From assembly GCA_977017575.1 (NCBI GenBank), contig CDRNVI010000051.1, positions 332,516 through 396,515 on the forward strand: a stretch of DNA of 64,000 nucleotides. Reading direction: 5' to 3'. This stretch comes from Paramoeba atlantica (taxonomy: Eukaryota; Protista; Discosea). Under the pieces are notes generated by a model, which worked only from the letters and a program-made list of their open reading frames with translations, was not told the origin of the DNA and did not search any database. This document shows positions 1 through 10,414 of this stretch, one piece after another; position 1 is the stretch's first letter, and each line of letters begins with the position of its first letter. The translations under genes and the position numbers were made by a program.

Positions 1-10
1 TGCATTAGTA

Positions 11-125
11 CTGTACCCCTCCCTACTTCATTGTCACCGCTTTTCGGGAAAAAGGAGAATTAAATAGGGGGGGGGTGCAAAATTTGAAGTAGGGGAAAAA
101 AAAATTTTCCCGTCGCGGCGCATGT
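11..125. mobile_element. MITE terminus, TA|CTGTAC family
   Basis: TA|CTGTACCCCTCCCTACTTCATTGTCAC at 9-38 resembles the termini at 53176 and 44046. The partner end was not identified. Confidence 0.45.
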
Positions 126-533
126 TTTACTTTATTTTACTATCTGCTACTATTGTTCTTGTGTAAGCGTAAGTCCAACGGAGACACCAAAAATTCACGA
201 TGGGCCCCACTAGACATACCTTGACCGGGTACGGCGGGTACGTACTCGCCTGTACCCACTATATCGGGTACCGTACGAGCTACAAAAAAGAGCGGGGTCT
301 ACAGCGTAGCATGAGAGATAGCCATCTAAGTTCTTCCGCATATTTGTTTCCTCTTTCAAGATGTGTCAAGTACTACAGAATATACATACAGAATTGTATG
401 TAAGTCAAGTAGGCACAAAAGGTACTGACTCCGTGATACATCCTTATGTCTTTATGTTTCCTGTGAATGAACATTTTTTTGTCTAATTGCTGTATATCAA
501 TTATTTCATAAGCATTTCATATTTATAAAATTA

Positions 534-695
534 CTGTCCCGCCCCGTTTAAGCGCACCTCGTTTTCCGCGAAAAGTGCGCTTAAACGGGGGGTCTGAATC
601 ACTACGTAAAAAAAGAATTGGCGCCGCTTCGCGGCGCCGGGCTTTTTCCTTCAACTCTATGTGCGCTTAAACGGGGGAGTCTGACCGGGTTTATT
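534..695. mobile_element. MITE remnant, TA|CTGTCCCGCCCC family, with GCGCCGC-TTC-GCGGCGC hairpin
   Basis: Terminus matches the ends of the 49823-53935 element. Internal GTGCGCTTAAACGGGG is repeated, and the hairpin lies at 620-638. Confidence 0.55.
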
Positions 696-797
696 AATAT
701 TTATATTTATAATTATAAATACAAAAGTTTATTTTTTATATTCCTAATTATTAATGCAACTCCCAGTACATGTATGAGAATACAAATGTCGTAAGCG

Positions 798-1901
798 CTA
801 TCCCACCATGGATCTCTTTCTTCCTCGCAATCGTACGTTTTCTAAACGAGTCATTGTTTGCTGGTATTTATCTGAAGAACTTGCGTCAGTTGGAAACGAG
901 AGTGAAACTTCCCTGTATCCTTCATAAAACACGGGCAACCACTCGGGAGAACGACGATGCGAAGCGCTAAGCGCCTTCTCGAAAACGAACAAATCGACAG
1001 CTCGATCTTCAGCTTTGTGAGTGACGCAGCTGAGTCCGAAATCAATCACTCCAAGGGGGCAATTTGAAGTTGAAGTAGCCGTCAATGGATCGTTACCATT
1101 CTCGAACATCGAAGATGATTTCTGTAATCCCTCTTGCTCATTTATTCTAGCATTGCTCGTACATACTAACACGTTGGACGTCGTCAAATCCCCATGGACA
1201 ATATTATGGAGGTGAAATTGTCCAATGACACGTCCTAACGTATGGCACAGAAATATGGAATACGAATGATACGTGCAAAAGAGAGATGTTAAGTCTTTCT
1301 TCTGTGACGGTGGGATATCCTTAAACGACTGATCATGCAAAAGTTTCATCTGCGCGTAAAGTGCTTCTGCAGTCCCCAAAGTAAATGATGTACTTTTAGT
1401 GTCGAACTCAATGTTCTGAGTCTGAATGAAGGACATGTACAACTGGGACTCTGCAAGTGCAAGCCACTCACGCAGGGGTTGCCCTTCGATAAACTCCATA
1501 TGTATTGCCCAGTTCGTACGATCAACGCTGTAGATTCTCGGGACCCGAACTCCATTAAGTCCCGCACAGCGTTTCAACATGCGGTACTCCGCCATGGTTC
1601 GCTTTTTTCGCAAGGACTGATCAAGAGGTGGGAATCGATAGGGTTTGGAAGGTCTGATTTTTGTGATGTAGCGAACATTGAATGGAACGTCGTCTTCGGG
1701 GTGATCTTTAGCGAGTTTACTAGTCGCTTCTTTGTGAAAATTCGTTGTGTTCCCTATGTGAGAGGCGGTATGAGAAAGTTGTGGTTCTGTGTTATCCGGG
1801 TTGGTGTTCGAGTCATCTAGTTTTCGTATTCGGGGCGGACACAAAAATACGACTGCCTCAGCTCCATGAAAGAGCAATTCTCCTTTACAAGTGAATTCCA
1901 T
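798..1901 (-). CDS. BUD32: Bud32/TP53RK (PRPK) atypical protein kinase, KEOPS complex
   Basis: HGAEA glycine-loop region, HGDLTTSN catalytic loop, IDFGL, EDRAVDL and the C-terminal RGRKRSMVG are diagnostic. Confidence 0.95.
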   Translation of the reverse strand: MEFTCKGELLFHGAEAVVFLCPPRIRKLDDSNTNPDNTEPQLSHTASHIGNTTNFHKEATSKLAKDHPEDDVPFNVRYITKIRPSKPYRFPPLDQSLRKKRTMAEYRMLKRCAGLNGVRVPRIYSVDRTNWAIHMEFIEGQPLREWLALAESQLYMSFIQTQNIEFDTKSTSFTLGTAEALYAQMKLLHDQSFKDIPPSQKKDLTSLFCTYHSYSIFLCHTLGRVIGQFHLHNIVHGDLTTSNVLVCTSNARINEQEGLQKSSSMFENGNDPLTATSTSNCPLGVIDFGLSCVTHKAEDRAVDLFVFEKALSASHRRSPEWLPVFYEGYREVSLSFPTDASSSDKYQQTMTRLENVRLRGRKRSMVG

Positions 1902-2153
1902 GCAGCGAATGTAAGACTAAGTAAACCAAGAATATCTTTCGCTGACTACATTTCAACCATGCTTCACAACGTAACGATCTTAAATAGTTTCATAAGAAAA
2001 GTTCATCATAGATATACAACTCTCCGAGAACGTATTTTCGAGAAAATAATATTGCGGAAGTCATGCTTCCCTTTCTCCAGTAATTTTGGTTCCACATTTC
2101 ACGAGACCTTGATGCGTCTTCTCCTTACCTTGCTTCTTTCTCCCTTCTTGTTC

Positions 2154-2519
2154 TTAACCTCGGTAGGCTGCTCCACGCCCACGGCCTCCACGGGGGCGTT
2201 CTCTCTCGGCGTTGTCTCGTCCCTCAGTGGCGCCCTCACGAGCGCCTGGTTTCATTACGTCCGGAACCACGTTAGGCTTCAGGTGGAGTAGTTCCCGGAT
2301 ATGCTCAATACCCGCCTCGGTGAGTACCCAGTAGAAGTGTTTCCAGCAGTAGGTCTCGTCCACAAGCTTCTTGGCTTTGAAGGAACGCATCAGGTTGATA
2401 ATTTCCAAATTGGGGACGTCCAGCTTGGTGTGTTTTGCAAATTCCTTCTTGCACACCAGCACACCCTGGGTAAAGAGCTCCTTAAGAATTTCGTCACGAT
2501 TTTCACGGCGGATGAACAT
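2154..2519 (-). CDS. RPS10: 40S ribosomal protein S10 (eS10)
   Basis: LFTQGVLVCKK, VPNLEIINLMRSFK, CWKHFYWVLTEAGIEHIRELLHL. The start is placed at the internal Met 2519 (MFIRREN), matching the usual eS10 N-terminus; the ORF track starts at 2636. Confidence 0.95.
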   Translation of the reverse strand: MFIRRENRDEILKELFTQGVLVCKKEFAKHTKLDVPNLEIINLMRSFKAKKLVDETYCWKHFYWVLTEAGIEHIRELLHLKPNVVPDVMKPGAREGATEGRDNAERERPRGGRGRGAAYRG

Positions 2520-2711
2520 GAACCAGAGAAGAGTATTTCGCGAAACAAAAAGATAAGCTGTGTTTATCGTAACGAAAAATGATGATGCTGCTTTTTGCTC
2601 ACTAATCACGTCTATAAATGGATAAAAAAGCAACATAAAAAAGTATCGAAATGTTGTCCCACATAATTCTGTACTCTTACATCCATTTTCTACCCCCCCC
2701 CTTGTTCCCTG

Positions 2712-5327
2712 TTACTCCACCGTCACACTCTTTGCCAGGTGTCGTGGACAATCCACATCATGGCCCTGGAGCACAGCCAGGTGGTAGGCCAGTAACTGCA
2801 GCGGAAGTGCCAATAACACTCCCTGGAGACACTCTACGGTTTCCGGTACCTCCAGTACCGTGTGAAACCACTCAAACGGGAGAGCAGACGAAGTAGAGGA
2901 AGGAGGCGTGCGGCTTTTATGAACACGAAGCGTAGTAGAACGAGGCGTACCGGTTTTACTACTCTCAGTAAAATCAGTTGAAGTAGGAGAACTACTTTTA
3001 CTACTACTCAGTGTAGTAGAAGCAGGAGTGCTACTTTTACTTAAAGGAGTAGAAATCTGAGTTGTAGTCCACGCACTCCCACTCCCCCCTCCCCCTTTTG
3101 ATACCCGTTTTGTGGTAATCAACACCAGGGGGTTGGCTCCCCGAGCGTGGAGTTGCTCCACGGCAGTGTGCATTTTACTTATCGTACTGTCCCGAGGGGC
3201 AATACAAATCACCGGGCGGTGATCGTTAATAAGAGCCAGGGGGCCATGTTTCAGATCCCCTGCGGATAAAGCCTCCGCGTGGAGGTACGCGAGCTCTTTT
3301 ATTTTAAGAGCCCCCTCCAGGGCGGTGGGGTGGCTGGTGCCGCGCCCCAGGAGAAGCCACGAGGGGTAGGGGAGGAGCTCGGAGGCGAGTTGGCGTACCG
3401 CAGAGTCCAGTTGCAGCGTCTGCTGAACCATATGGGGGAGACTGGCAAAAGAGTGGAGGACAGTGTGGATAAAGGTTTGTTGGGAGGTATGAGATTGTCC
3501 CACCAGAAGGGCGAAGAGGGTAAGCAGCGCCAGTTGGGAGGTGTAGGCCTTCGTGCTGGCTACTCCTACCTCAGGGCCAGCGTTTAGATGGATACCAAAC
3601 TGAGTACGTCGGGAGAGGGAGGAACCAACGCCGTTAGTAATGCCCATGCGTACCACCTCCTGGGATTCTGCGTATTCTAAGGATTGCAATGTGTCTGCGG
3701 TTTCACCGCTTTGGCTTACAAACACCACGCAGTCATTTCGAAACAGGGGAGGACGGCGGTCGTTAAAGTCGTTTGCAACTTCCACCATAACAGTGGCTTG
3801 CGTCATTTTCTCTAGGAGAGGCCGCACCCCGAGGCAGGCATGATAGGAGGTGCCACAGGCAATCAAAATGAAACGCCCGGTCTTGTGTAATATGGGGAGA
3901 TAGCTTTGCACGCCACCCAAACAAATTTGAGAGGTTTCCGGGCGTACACGACCGCGCAGACTGTCGGTGAGTGAATCTGCCTGCAGCAGAATCTCCTTTC
4001 GCATAAAGTGGGGAAATCCATCCTTTCGTAGACACTCCAGTGCCATTTCTAATTTTTGTGGAGCCCGGGTTTCCGAGCGTAGTCGACGAGGGTAGTTTTC
4101 TGCACACCTGTGTCGGTTGAAAATCCGCAGCGGTGAAGCGCTGGAGGGGTTAAGATGCGCTACGTCCTCATCCTCCAGAAAATACACCTCGCTTACGTGT
4201 TCCGCAATCGCCGAGGGGTCGCTGGCCATCCATCCCTCACATCGTCTAGTGGTATTTAGAGACTCACTGAACATGTCTTCCGGTTTACGTACTGCATTCC
4301 TCTTTTGCACCAAAAATTCCTTCGGGGCTCCACATCCCGTAAAGGCGCTGCCCCTCTCCTTTACCCCTTCCTCTGTCGTCCGTATCCCCACCACCAGCGG
4401 CGACCCTCGTCTACACCCGACCAACTCCCCCGGGAAGTGCCGGTTACTCTTCAACACAAACCCGCACGCGCCCTCGAGCTGTTCCATCACGAGCATGGCA
4501 AGTTCGGGAAAAGACAGCGCTGGAAAGGCTGGCGTCTCCTCTCCTTCGCCCCCGGGCCTCTCCTGCCTCTCCCTCTGCTGCTGTTGCATCAGCCAATCCG
4601 CTAGTTTGGCAATCAGCTCGGTATCTGTTGGGGTTTCCACCTGCACGTTGTTTTGGTTCAGCCTCTCACGTATCTCCCTGTGGTTGGTGACGACACCGTT
4701 GTGTACGACCACAAAGGTGTGGTGGGTGGGGTCACTGGTGTGGGGGTGCGCGTTGGTGTCGGTGGGGGGGCCGTGTGTGGCCCACCGGGTGTGGGCAACC
4801 CCAGAGCCGAGCGTGAGAGAAGGTGAAGAAGAAGATACAGAGGAACCCGTAGATAAAGATAAACAACCCGAGGAGGGTGATGCGCTACTACAGACAACTC
4901 CCGAGACGACTCCCGAAGAAGCCGAAAAAGATGAAGAACACGAACGACTCGCGCATCCTGAAGCTGGAAAAGACGACAAACAAGCGGATGAACCCCCCCT
5001 CGACCCTTCTGCTGATTTCAGCTCTCCTACCGCACAGGAGCTCCTCTCCTCCGTGTCGCCCTCTCTCTGGTTTATATTCCTATCCTCCTTCTCCCCTATC
5101 AGCTCCCACCCGGTTTGTTGTTTCACGTAATCCACGAGGTTGGAGACGTTGCCTTTCTTCTTAATAATCTTTGGAGCATTGCGGGGATCCGAGGCGGCAT
5201 CAAAGCTAATCCCAGCGGAGTCGTACCCGCGGTACTCCAGTCGCCGTAGTCCACGTAGGAGAGTGACGACTAGGGATTCCGGGGAGTGGGGGAGACCGAA
5301 GAATGCGTAGGCAAAGATTCCACACAT
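2712..5327 (-). CDS. GFAT: Glutamine:fructose-6-phosphate amidotransferase (isomerizing), full length
   Basis: N-terminal MCGIF (Ntn Cys nucleophile), LEYRGYDSAG, HTRWATHG, HNG, two SIS domains (SQSGETADT, GVASTKAY) and C-terminal PRHLAKSVTVE. Carries long Ser-rich insertions. Confidence 0.97.
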   Translation of the reverse strand: MCGIFAYAFFGLPHSPESLVVTLLRGLRRLEYRGYDSAGISFDAASDPRNAPKIIKKKGNVSNLVDYVKQQTGWELIGEKEDRNINQREGDTEERSSCAVGELKSAEGSRGGSSACLSSFPASGCASRSCSSSFSASSGVVSGVVCSSASPSSGCLSLSTGSSVSSSSPSLTLGSGVAHTRWATHGPPTDTNAHPHTSDPTHHTFVVVHNGVVTNHREIRERLNQNNVQVETPTDTELIAKLADWLMQQQQRERQERPGGEGEETPAFPALSFPELAMLVMEQLEGACGFVLKSNRHFPGELVGCRRGSPLVVGIRTTEEGVKERGSAFTGCGAPKEFLVQKRNAVRKPEDMFSESLNTTRRCEGWMASDPSAIAEHVSEVYFLEDEDVAHLNPSSASPLRIFNRHRCAENYPRRLRSETRAPQKLEMALECLRKDGFPHFMRKEILLQADSLTDSLRGRVRPETSQICLGGVQSYLPILHKTGRFILIACGTSYHACLGVRPLLEKMTQATVMVEVANDFNDRRPPLFRNDCVVFVSQSGETADTLQSLEYAESQEVVRMGITNGVGSSLSRRTQFGIHLNAGPEVGVASTKAYTSQLALLTLFALLVGQSHTSQQTFIHTVLHSFASLPHMVQQTLQLDSAVRQLASELLPYPSWLLLGRGTSHPTALEGALKIKELAYLHAEALSAGDLKHGPLALINDHRPVICIAPRDSTISKMHTAVEQLHARGANPLVLITTKRVSKGGGGSGSAWTTTQISTPLSKSSTPASTTLSSSKSSSPTSTDFTESSKTGTPRSTTLRVHKSRTPPSSTSSALPFEWFHTVLEVPETVECLQGVLLALPLQLLAYHLAVLQGHDVDCPRHLAKSVTVE

Positions 5328-5370
5328 GGGAAAAGAGATAGTTTAGAAGGGAAAGAGATAGTATAGTTTT
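5328..5370 (-). promoter_or_regulatory. Polypyrimidine tract upstream of GFAT, putative trans-splicing signal
   Basis: Minus strand reads ctatctctttcccttctaaactatctcttttcccATG. Function is inferred from kinetoplastid trans-splicing. Confidence 0.4.
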
Positions 5371-5606
5371 AAAGTAGTATAGTTTTTTCCGTTTTCGAAG
5401 GGGTTAATCTCTTTTAATAAAAACAAGAGCTATACAAGAAAGACAGAAACGATTCACGTTTTAATTCAATTTATAGGGGAAAATGAGAATTGAAAACAGG
5501 TAAAAGGGAATTGCCCAGAAACGGGGTACGATTTTCTTCGTATTCTGTAGCTATGGATCTGGGCGCCATATGCACAACACCCGTGAGCTAAATGGAGAGC
5601 GCAGTA

Positions 5607-7511
5607 TTACTCCAATACGACACAAGAAGGAGCTGGTGTCGGCAACACAGTACTAAACTGGTTTCCAGAGAGACACAGGGTTAGCATTGACGATGGGACG
5701 TGAGAAGTGTCAATGATGCCGGTGAATTTATTGTGGCTTAAGTCCAGAGTGCATAAATCATTTGGAAGAGCCCGAAGCTCAATTTCACCAGAGAAAAGAT
5801 TGTGCTGTAGATACAGATCTTCTAATTTTGAGCACAATCGTGTGAAGTCAGGAGTTCCTGTAAGAAAGTTGTTCTCCAAGTGAAGTTCGGCCAAATTATC
5901 CGGAAGCAAAGACAAATTCACGGGTCCAAAAAAGTGATTGTTCGCTAGGTTTAAGGAGCGCAATTCAGCATTCAGATCAGACAAGTTAATTTCTCCCACA
6001 AAATTGTTATTATTCAGCCGGAGGATATCAAGGCCAGCGGGAAGCATCGTAAGATCGATGGTTCCATCGAATTTATTATGTTCTGCGCAGAATTGAATTA
6101 GTGCTTCAGGAAGACATGGCAGAACGAGAGGTCCCGCCAAATCTGGATTATTGTTAATGAAACAATCTTCAAGATTTTCGGGTAGATTTTTGGTACGAAA
6201 CTCCCCACTAAACATATTATTATTTAGTGCGAGTTTTGTCAAGTACTGCGGGAGGTTTCCGATAGCAACAGAGGGACCTAATTGATTATGACTCAGCCAA
6301 ACCTCCTCTATGGTTTCCGGCAGATGTGAGAGATCTACGTTGCCGACAAATTGATTTTCCATGATCATGATTTGATGCAAAGGTGGTGGAAGTTGTGTCA
6401 AATCGACGCTTCCCGTAAATTGGTTACTGTGTAGTGCAAGGTGTTCCAGTTGCTGCGGAAGTGATGTTAAGTCCAGAGACCCGGAGAGCGCATTGTTGGG
6501 TAGCGCCAAAACGTGAAGAAAGGGGGGTAACTGAGTTAGATCAACGCTCCCTGTCAGTTGGCAAGAAGCTATTGCTAGCGTCGCCAGTTGCTCGGGAAGC
6601 TGGGTAATGTCTATCGATCCTGAAAACGAATTCATCCCAAGAAACATTTCTTTTAGACCTGAGGGCAGTGTTATTAAATGAAGTTTGCCTTCGAGTTGGT
6701 TGCGATTCAGCATGAGTGAAACCAATGCTGGCGGAAGATGAGTCAAATCTACACTCCCCGCGAAATGGTTTCTCTTAAGAAATAAGGTTCGCATGGTGCA
6801 TGGCAAATGATCTAAATGGAGGTCTCCGTACAGCTCATTCTGCCCAACATCAAACAGGCGTACGTTTGGCGGGAGTCGTTCAATTTCAATTTTGCCACTA
6901 AGCTTGTTCTCCGATAATGCAATATCGCGCATTCCCTCTGGAAGATCGTTCAGAGAAATGCCACCGCTAAACTCGTTATTATTTAGGCGCAACTCTTGTA
7001 GGGCCCTTGGAAGATGACTCATCATTAACTGTCCCGTAAAGTGGTTTGATTGCAATTCTAACACAACTAGTTCGCCGCCCAGTTCAGACCATTCGATTTC
7101 GCCCGTCAAATCGTTTTGTCCCAGATGCAGCTGCAGAATAGATCGAGGTAACTCTGATGTGGGTAAATTTCCGTACAGGGCATTGAACTGCATTTCCAGC
7201 ACAGTGACAGTGGGAGGCAAATCTTTCCAATTCGGGACACCTCTTAAATTGTTACACCCCCACTGAATACGAATAATTTCGCTACCGGAATTACATCGCA
7301 CGCCCATCCACTGGCATCCCGGTGTTTTGGTATTCCAGTTTGATGAGGTTAAGGTCAGATTCGATACAAAGTGTGCCAAGTAATACTCTGAGGGCCAAAT
7401 AGTTCCCCGTACTTTTTGAGGTCGAGCGGAAATGTTTCTACCCTCTATATCCCGAGGTGGAGAATGTGAAATTGTCGTCTTATCATCTCTTGCCCTTATG
7501 GCGTGAAACAT
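5607..7511 (-). CDS. LRR-only protein, 634 aa, about 24-25 repeats of about 22 aa
   Basis: N-cap CQWMGVRC followed by repeats of LPxxLxxLxLxxNxFxGxIDLxx. No kinase or transmembrane domain seen. Confidence 0.93.
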   Translation of the reverse strand: MFHAIRARDDKTTISHSPPRDIEGRNISARPQKVRGTIWPSEYYLAHFVSNLTLTSSNWNTKTPGCQWMGVRCNSGSEIIRIQWGCNNLRGVPNWKDLPPTVTVLEMQFNALYGNLPTSELPRSILQLHLGQNDLTGEIEWSELGGELVVLELQSNHFTGQLMMSHLPRALQELRLNNNEFSGGISLNDLPEGMRDIALSENKLSGKIEIERLPPNVRLFDVGQNELYGDLHLDHLPCTMRTLFLKRNHFAGSVDLTHLPPALVSLMLNRNQLEGKLHLITLPSGLKEMFLGMNSFSGSIDITQLPEQLATLAIASCQLTGSVDLTQLPPFLHVLALPNNALSGSLDLTSLPQQLEHLALHSNQFTGSVDLTQLPPPLHQIMIMENQFVGNVDLSHLPETIEEVWLSHNQLGPSVAIGNLPQYLTKLALNNNMFSGEFRTKNLPENLEDCFINNNPDLAGPLVLPCLPEALIQFCAEHNKFDGTIDLTMLPAGLDILRLNNNNFVGEINLSDLNAELRSLNLANNHFFGPVNLSLLPDNLAELHLENNFLTGTPDFTRLCSKLEDLYLQHNLFSGEIELRALPNDLCTLDLSHNKFTGIIDTSHVPSSMLTLCLSGNQFSTVLPTPAPSCVVLE

Positions 7512-10414
7512 AATGATAGCAATTATAAACGTTTACAAAAGAAAAATAAAAAATTCTGCAAAACACTTATTATTTTCAGAATATTGCCACATGTTGCTAA
7601 GTACACGTCACTTGCACTGTATTACACGTCACTTGCATCTGTACGTATAATACAGTAACTCAAAAAAGTGTACAAATGTTTCGACATTTGAATTAATGTT
7701 TATATTTTTTTATCACAGAGAATCAGAGAATTTTAGGTTCTTCGTTAAAAGTGGTTGTAAAAGTGGTTGTTTTCAACTTAGAAGTCACTCGTGCTGTGCG
7801 CCATAAAATATTGCCCCTGAAATAAAATATCGCCCCTGATCGTTTACCGGACGCTGGTCTTCTCGAGCGCATGGAAGAAAACGTCATTAGTTTGTGTGTC
7901 AACTGGATAAATAATCGAAGGAAGCAATTAAAAGGATCTCCGTGCGGTAAAGTGATAGAGCTTTTGTGCACCGTTCCGATCGATGAGATGAGTGTCCACC
8001 AGTTGTAGTACCTTTCTGGGTCTGTTTGGAACTGAATAATTGAGTTTACAACTTTTTGTTTATGAGGGGATCTTTTTGAGGCCTTAAATGCTTTTTGTAT
8101 GGTCTCTCGTAAAAGCACAATAGAGCCTTAGCCGTAAAGGCCTCGTACAACAACACAAGATCCGGAGGTATCCTCGCAAAAACACACTAAGGATCATCAC
8201 CAAACTTCACCCTCACACTTCGTTGCGGTGGCGACGATGCCGGGCTTGGGACCGGTGACAAATGCGTTTGTGAATCTGTTTGTGAAGTCTGTGATAATGT
8301 ATCTTTATAATCTTAATCTTTATAAAAAGAAACAAAGTTATTTGCTTGGGGAACGAGATCTATTAAACACAATGAAATCAAGACAAAATGCGAAATTCCC
8401 CCCTCTTCCCTAATCCCCCCCGCCTTAAGCAAACCCAGGCAAACCCAGGTGGTTTCAGCCCTCTAAATAGGGGCGTAGAGGGGTGACAATTAAGTAGGAG
8501 GAGGCACAGTATTTGCAAATTTGTGATCTTTCTGAAGAACTTTTCAAGAAAGAATACAGAGTGCGAAAAATACGAATTATCAGAACGGTCTTGAAACATT
8601 TTGACTTCAAGGAAAAGATTTTCAATTGAAACTCAGAGAGCTGGGTTTGGATATCATCAGAATTAACTGGAATGACTAACTTGACTTGAAAAGAAGAAAA
8701 CTAATTTAGCTAGTGCTAGTACTATTTAGACACATTATATTTTGTGAGAGTGAAGGCTATGTGATCTTCTATCATATTTTCGTCTATACTTACAGGTAGT
8801 ACCGAAGGTAACGAAAAGTAATAGAATAATACTTTTCGTTGTCTTTACAATTCTTTACAATGTTTTTCATTGCTTTTCTCCAATATTCTTCAAATATTGG
8901 GTGAAAAGGGACTTTCTTCCCCCGAAAAAAAATTGAAGTTTTTTCATGGTGGTTTCTCAAACAAAATTTCAGTATTATCCGAGCGAGTGATTAAACATCG
9001 TATTTTTGCTACTTACACGACTCCGCTATATCATTTTTCTTTGCACAGGCTCTAAAATGTATAACAGTATCACTTTTTGTAGTTCGGAACCTTGGATGAC
9101 GTGATGATAGAAGCCTGTACCGTACAATGTGAATTGAGGAGTTCTTGTAATCCGCTGTTTAAGAATTTTAAAATTATTGTCCAGGCTCAGAACCGGAACC
9201 AAGCTAGAGCTCATAAATTTTCTTCTTTGGTACATTCTATTAAGGGAAGTACGAAGTTTAAAGTTTTTGGGGGAAAAAAGTCCCTTATGACCAAATTTTG
9301 TGACCTCCCTTTTAATAAATTTTATAATAGCGGGAAGGGGGGGCAAAAGAAAGTGAATCAAATGAAACGTGTGAAAAGGGGTAAATTTTCAGACCTTCGT
9401 TTTTTCTGAAACTGACCGAAGTTTCAGGGGGAGGTCATGGTAACATTCGAGATATCAGAAGTGTCTTGAAACAGTTTAACTTCAAGGAAATGATTTTCAA
9501 TTGGAACTCAGAGAGCTGGGTTTGGATATCATCACGAGTAAATGCAATGATAAGCAAGACTTTTAATGGGACGAAAAAAAGAATTAACAAACTACACAGA
9601 AGATTTTACTTACGACTTTTCTTGCTTGAGCATTTGACAAACACATTTAACTGCTATTCTTGGATTAGTTAATATGCGTAACAAAGGAGTTTTAGCTTAT
9701 GTAAAGGAGTTATTTTAGGGAAGAAGAGCTTTTGTTGCCTGATTGTGCTGTTAGATGAGTCAGTGTAAAGAAATCGTGTTCTAATGTTGAAAAAAAGTAG
9801 CGCATTTTCGATATTTTAGAACGGATAATTTGCATTACACATACATTCACTACAAGATACACATGTTTGTGAGTGAATCTGATTCAGATGCAAACGGCAC
9901 TACTAGAAGGCGCTGTGCATATTCCACATATTTTCGTTCACTGGAGTTTCCAATGGGTTTATTTCGCTGCTTCTTTGAATCAAATTTATTGTCCAGAAGT
10001 CAAACTTCGAAATAGTCACCATAACTATTACAGTGGTTTCAGTTGATCTTGCCCCCCCCTCGGAATTTTGATTTCTTTGATCCGTTTTTGATTATCTTTT
10101 CAGCATTGGAGAGATCTCGTCCCCCTAGCGAAGCGCCTCGCCGCCTTTTTTTCATAGAGACCCCCTGGTGCCCCCTGGGTCCAAAAATCACTGTTTTTTA
10201 GACGTTTTCTGTGTACACAACCGCTTTTGCCACGTTTTCCCGATTTTCTGTATATTTTTTACATGTAAGTACGAATGATAGTGTTCTAAATTGATAATTT
10301 GAAAGCTCTATGTCTAGTACTCTCTCTATTGCCTAGATTAATTTAGTCAACACCTCTACATTATGAAGATCAGACCCTCTAACCCCAAACAGGGGGAGTA
10401 CATAGAACGATGTA

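Noticed and set aside
2520-2636. N-terminal extension of RPS10 shown in the ORF track
   Set aside because: It is F/L-rich translation of pyrimidine-rich upstream sequence, and homology begins at Met 2519.
4117-5130. 337-aa plus-strand ORF and other long antisense ORFs over GFAT, CRM1, PDHB and CorA
   Set aside because: They are shadows of GC-rich minus-strand coding sequence and show no recognisable domains.
7723-8118. 131-aa ORF as a host gene (copy at 21127-21522)
   Set aside because: No recognisable motif and a near-cognate start in a repeat-rich region. It may be a decayed TE.
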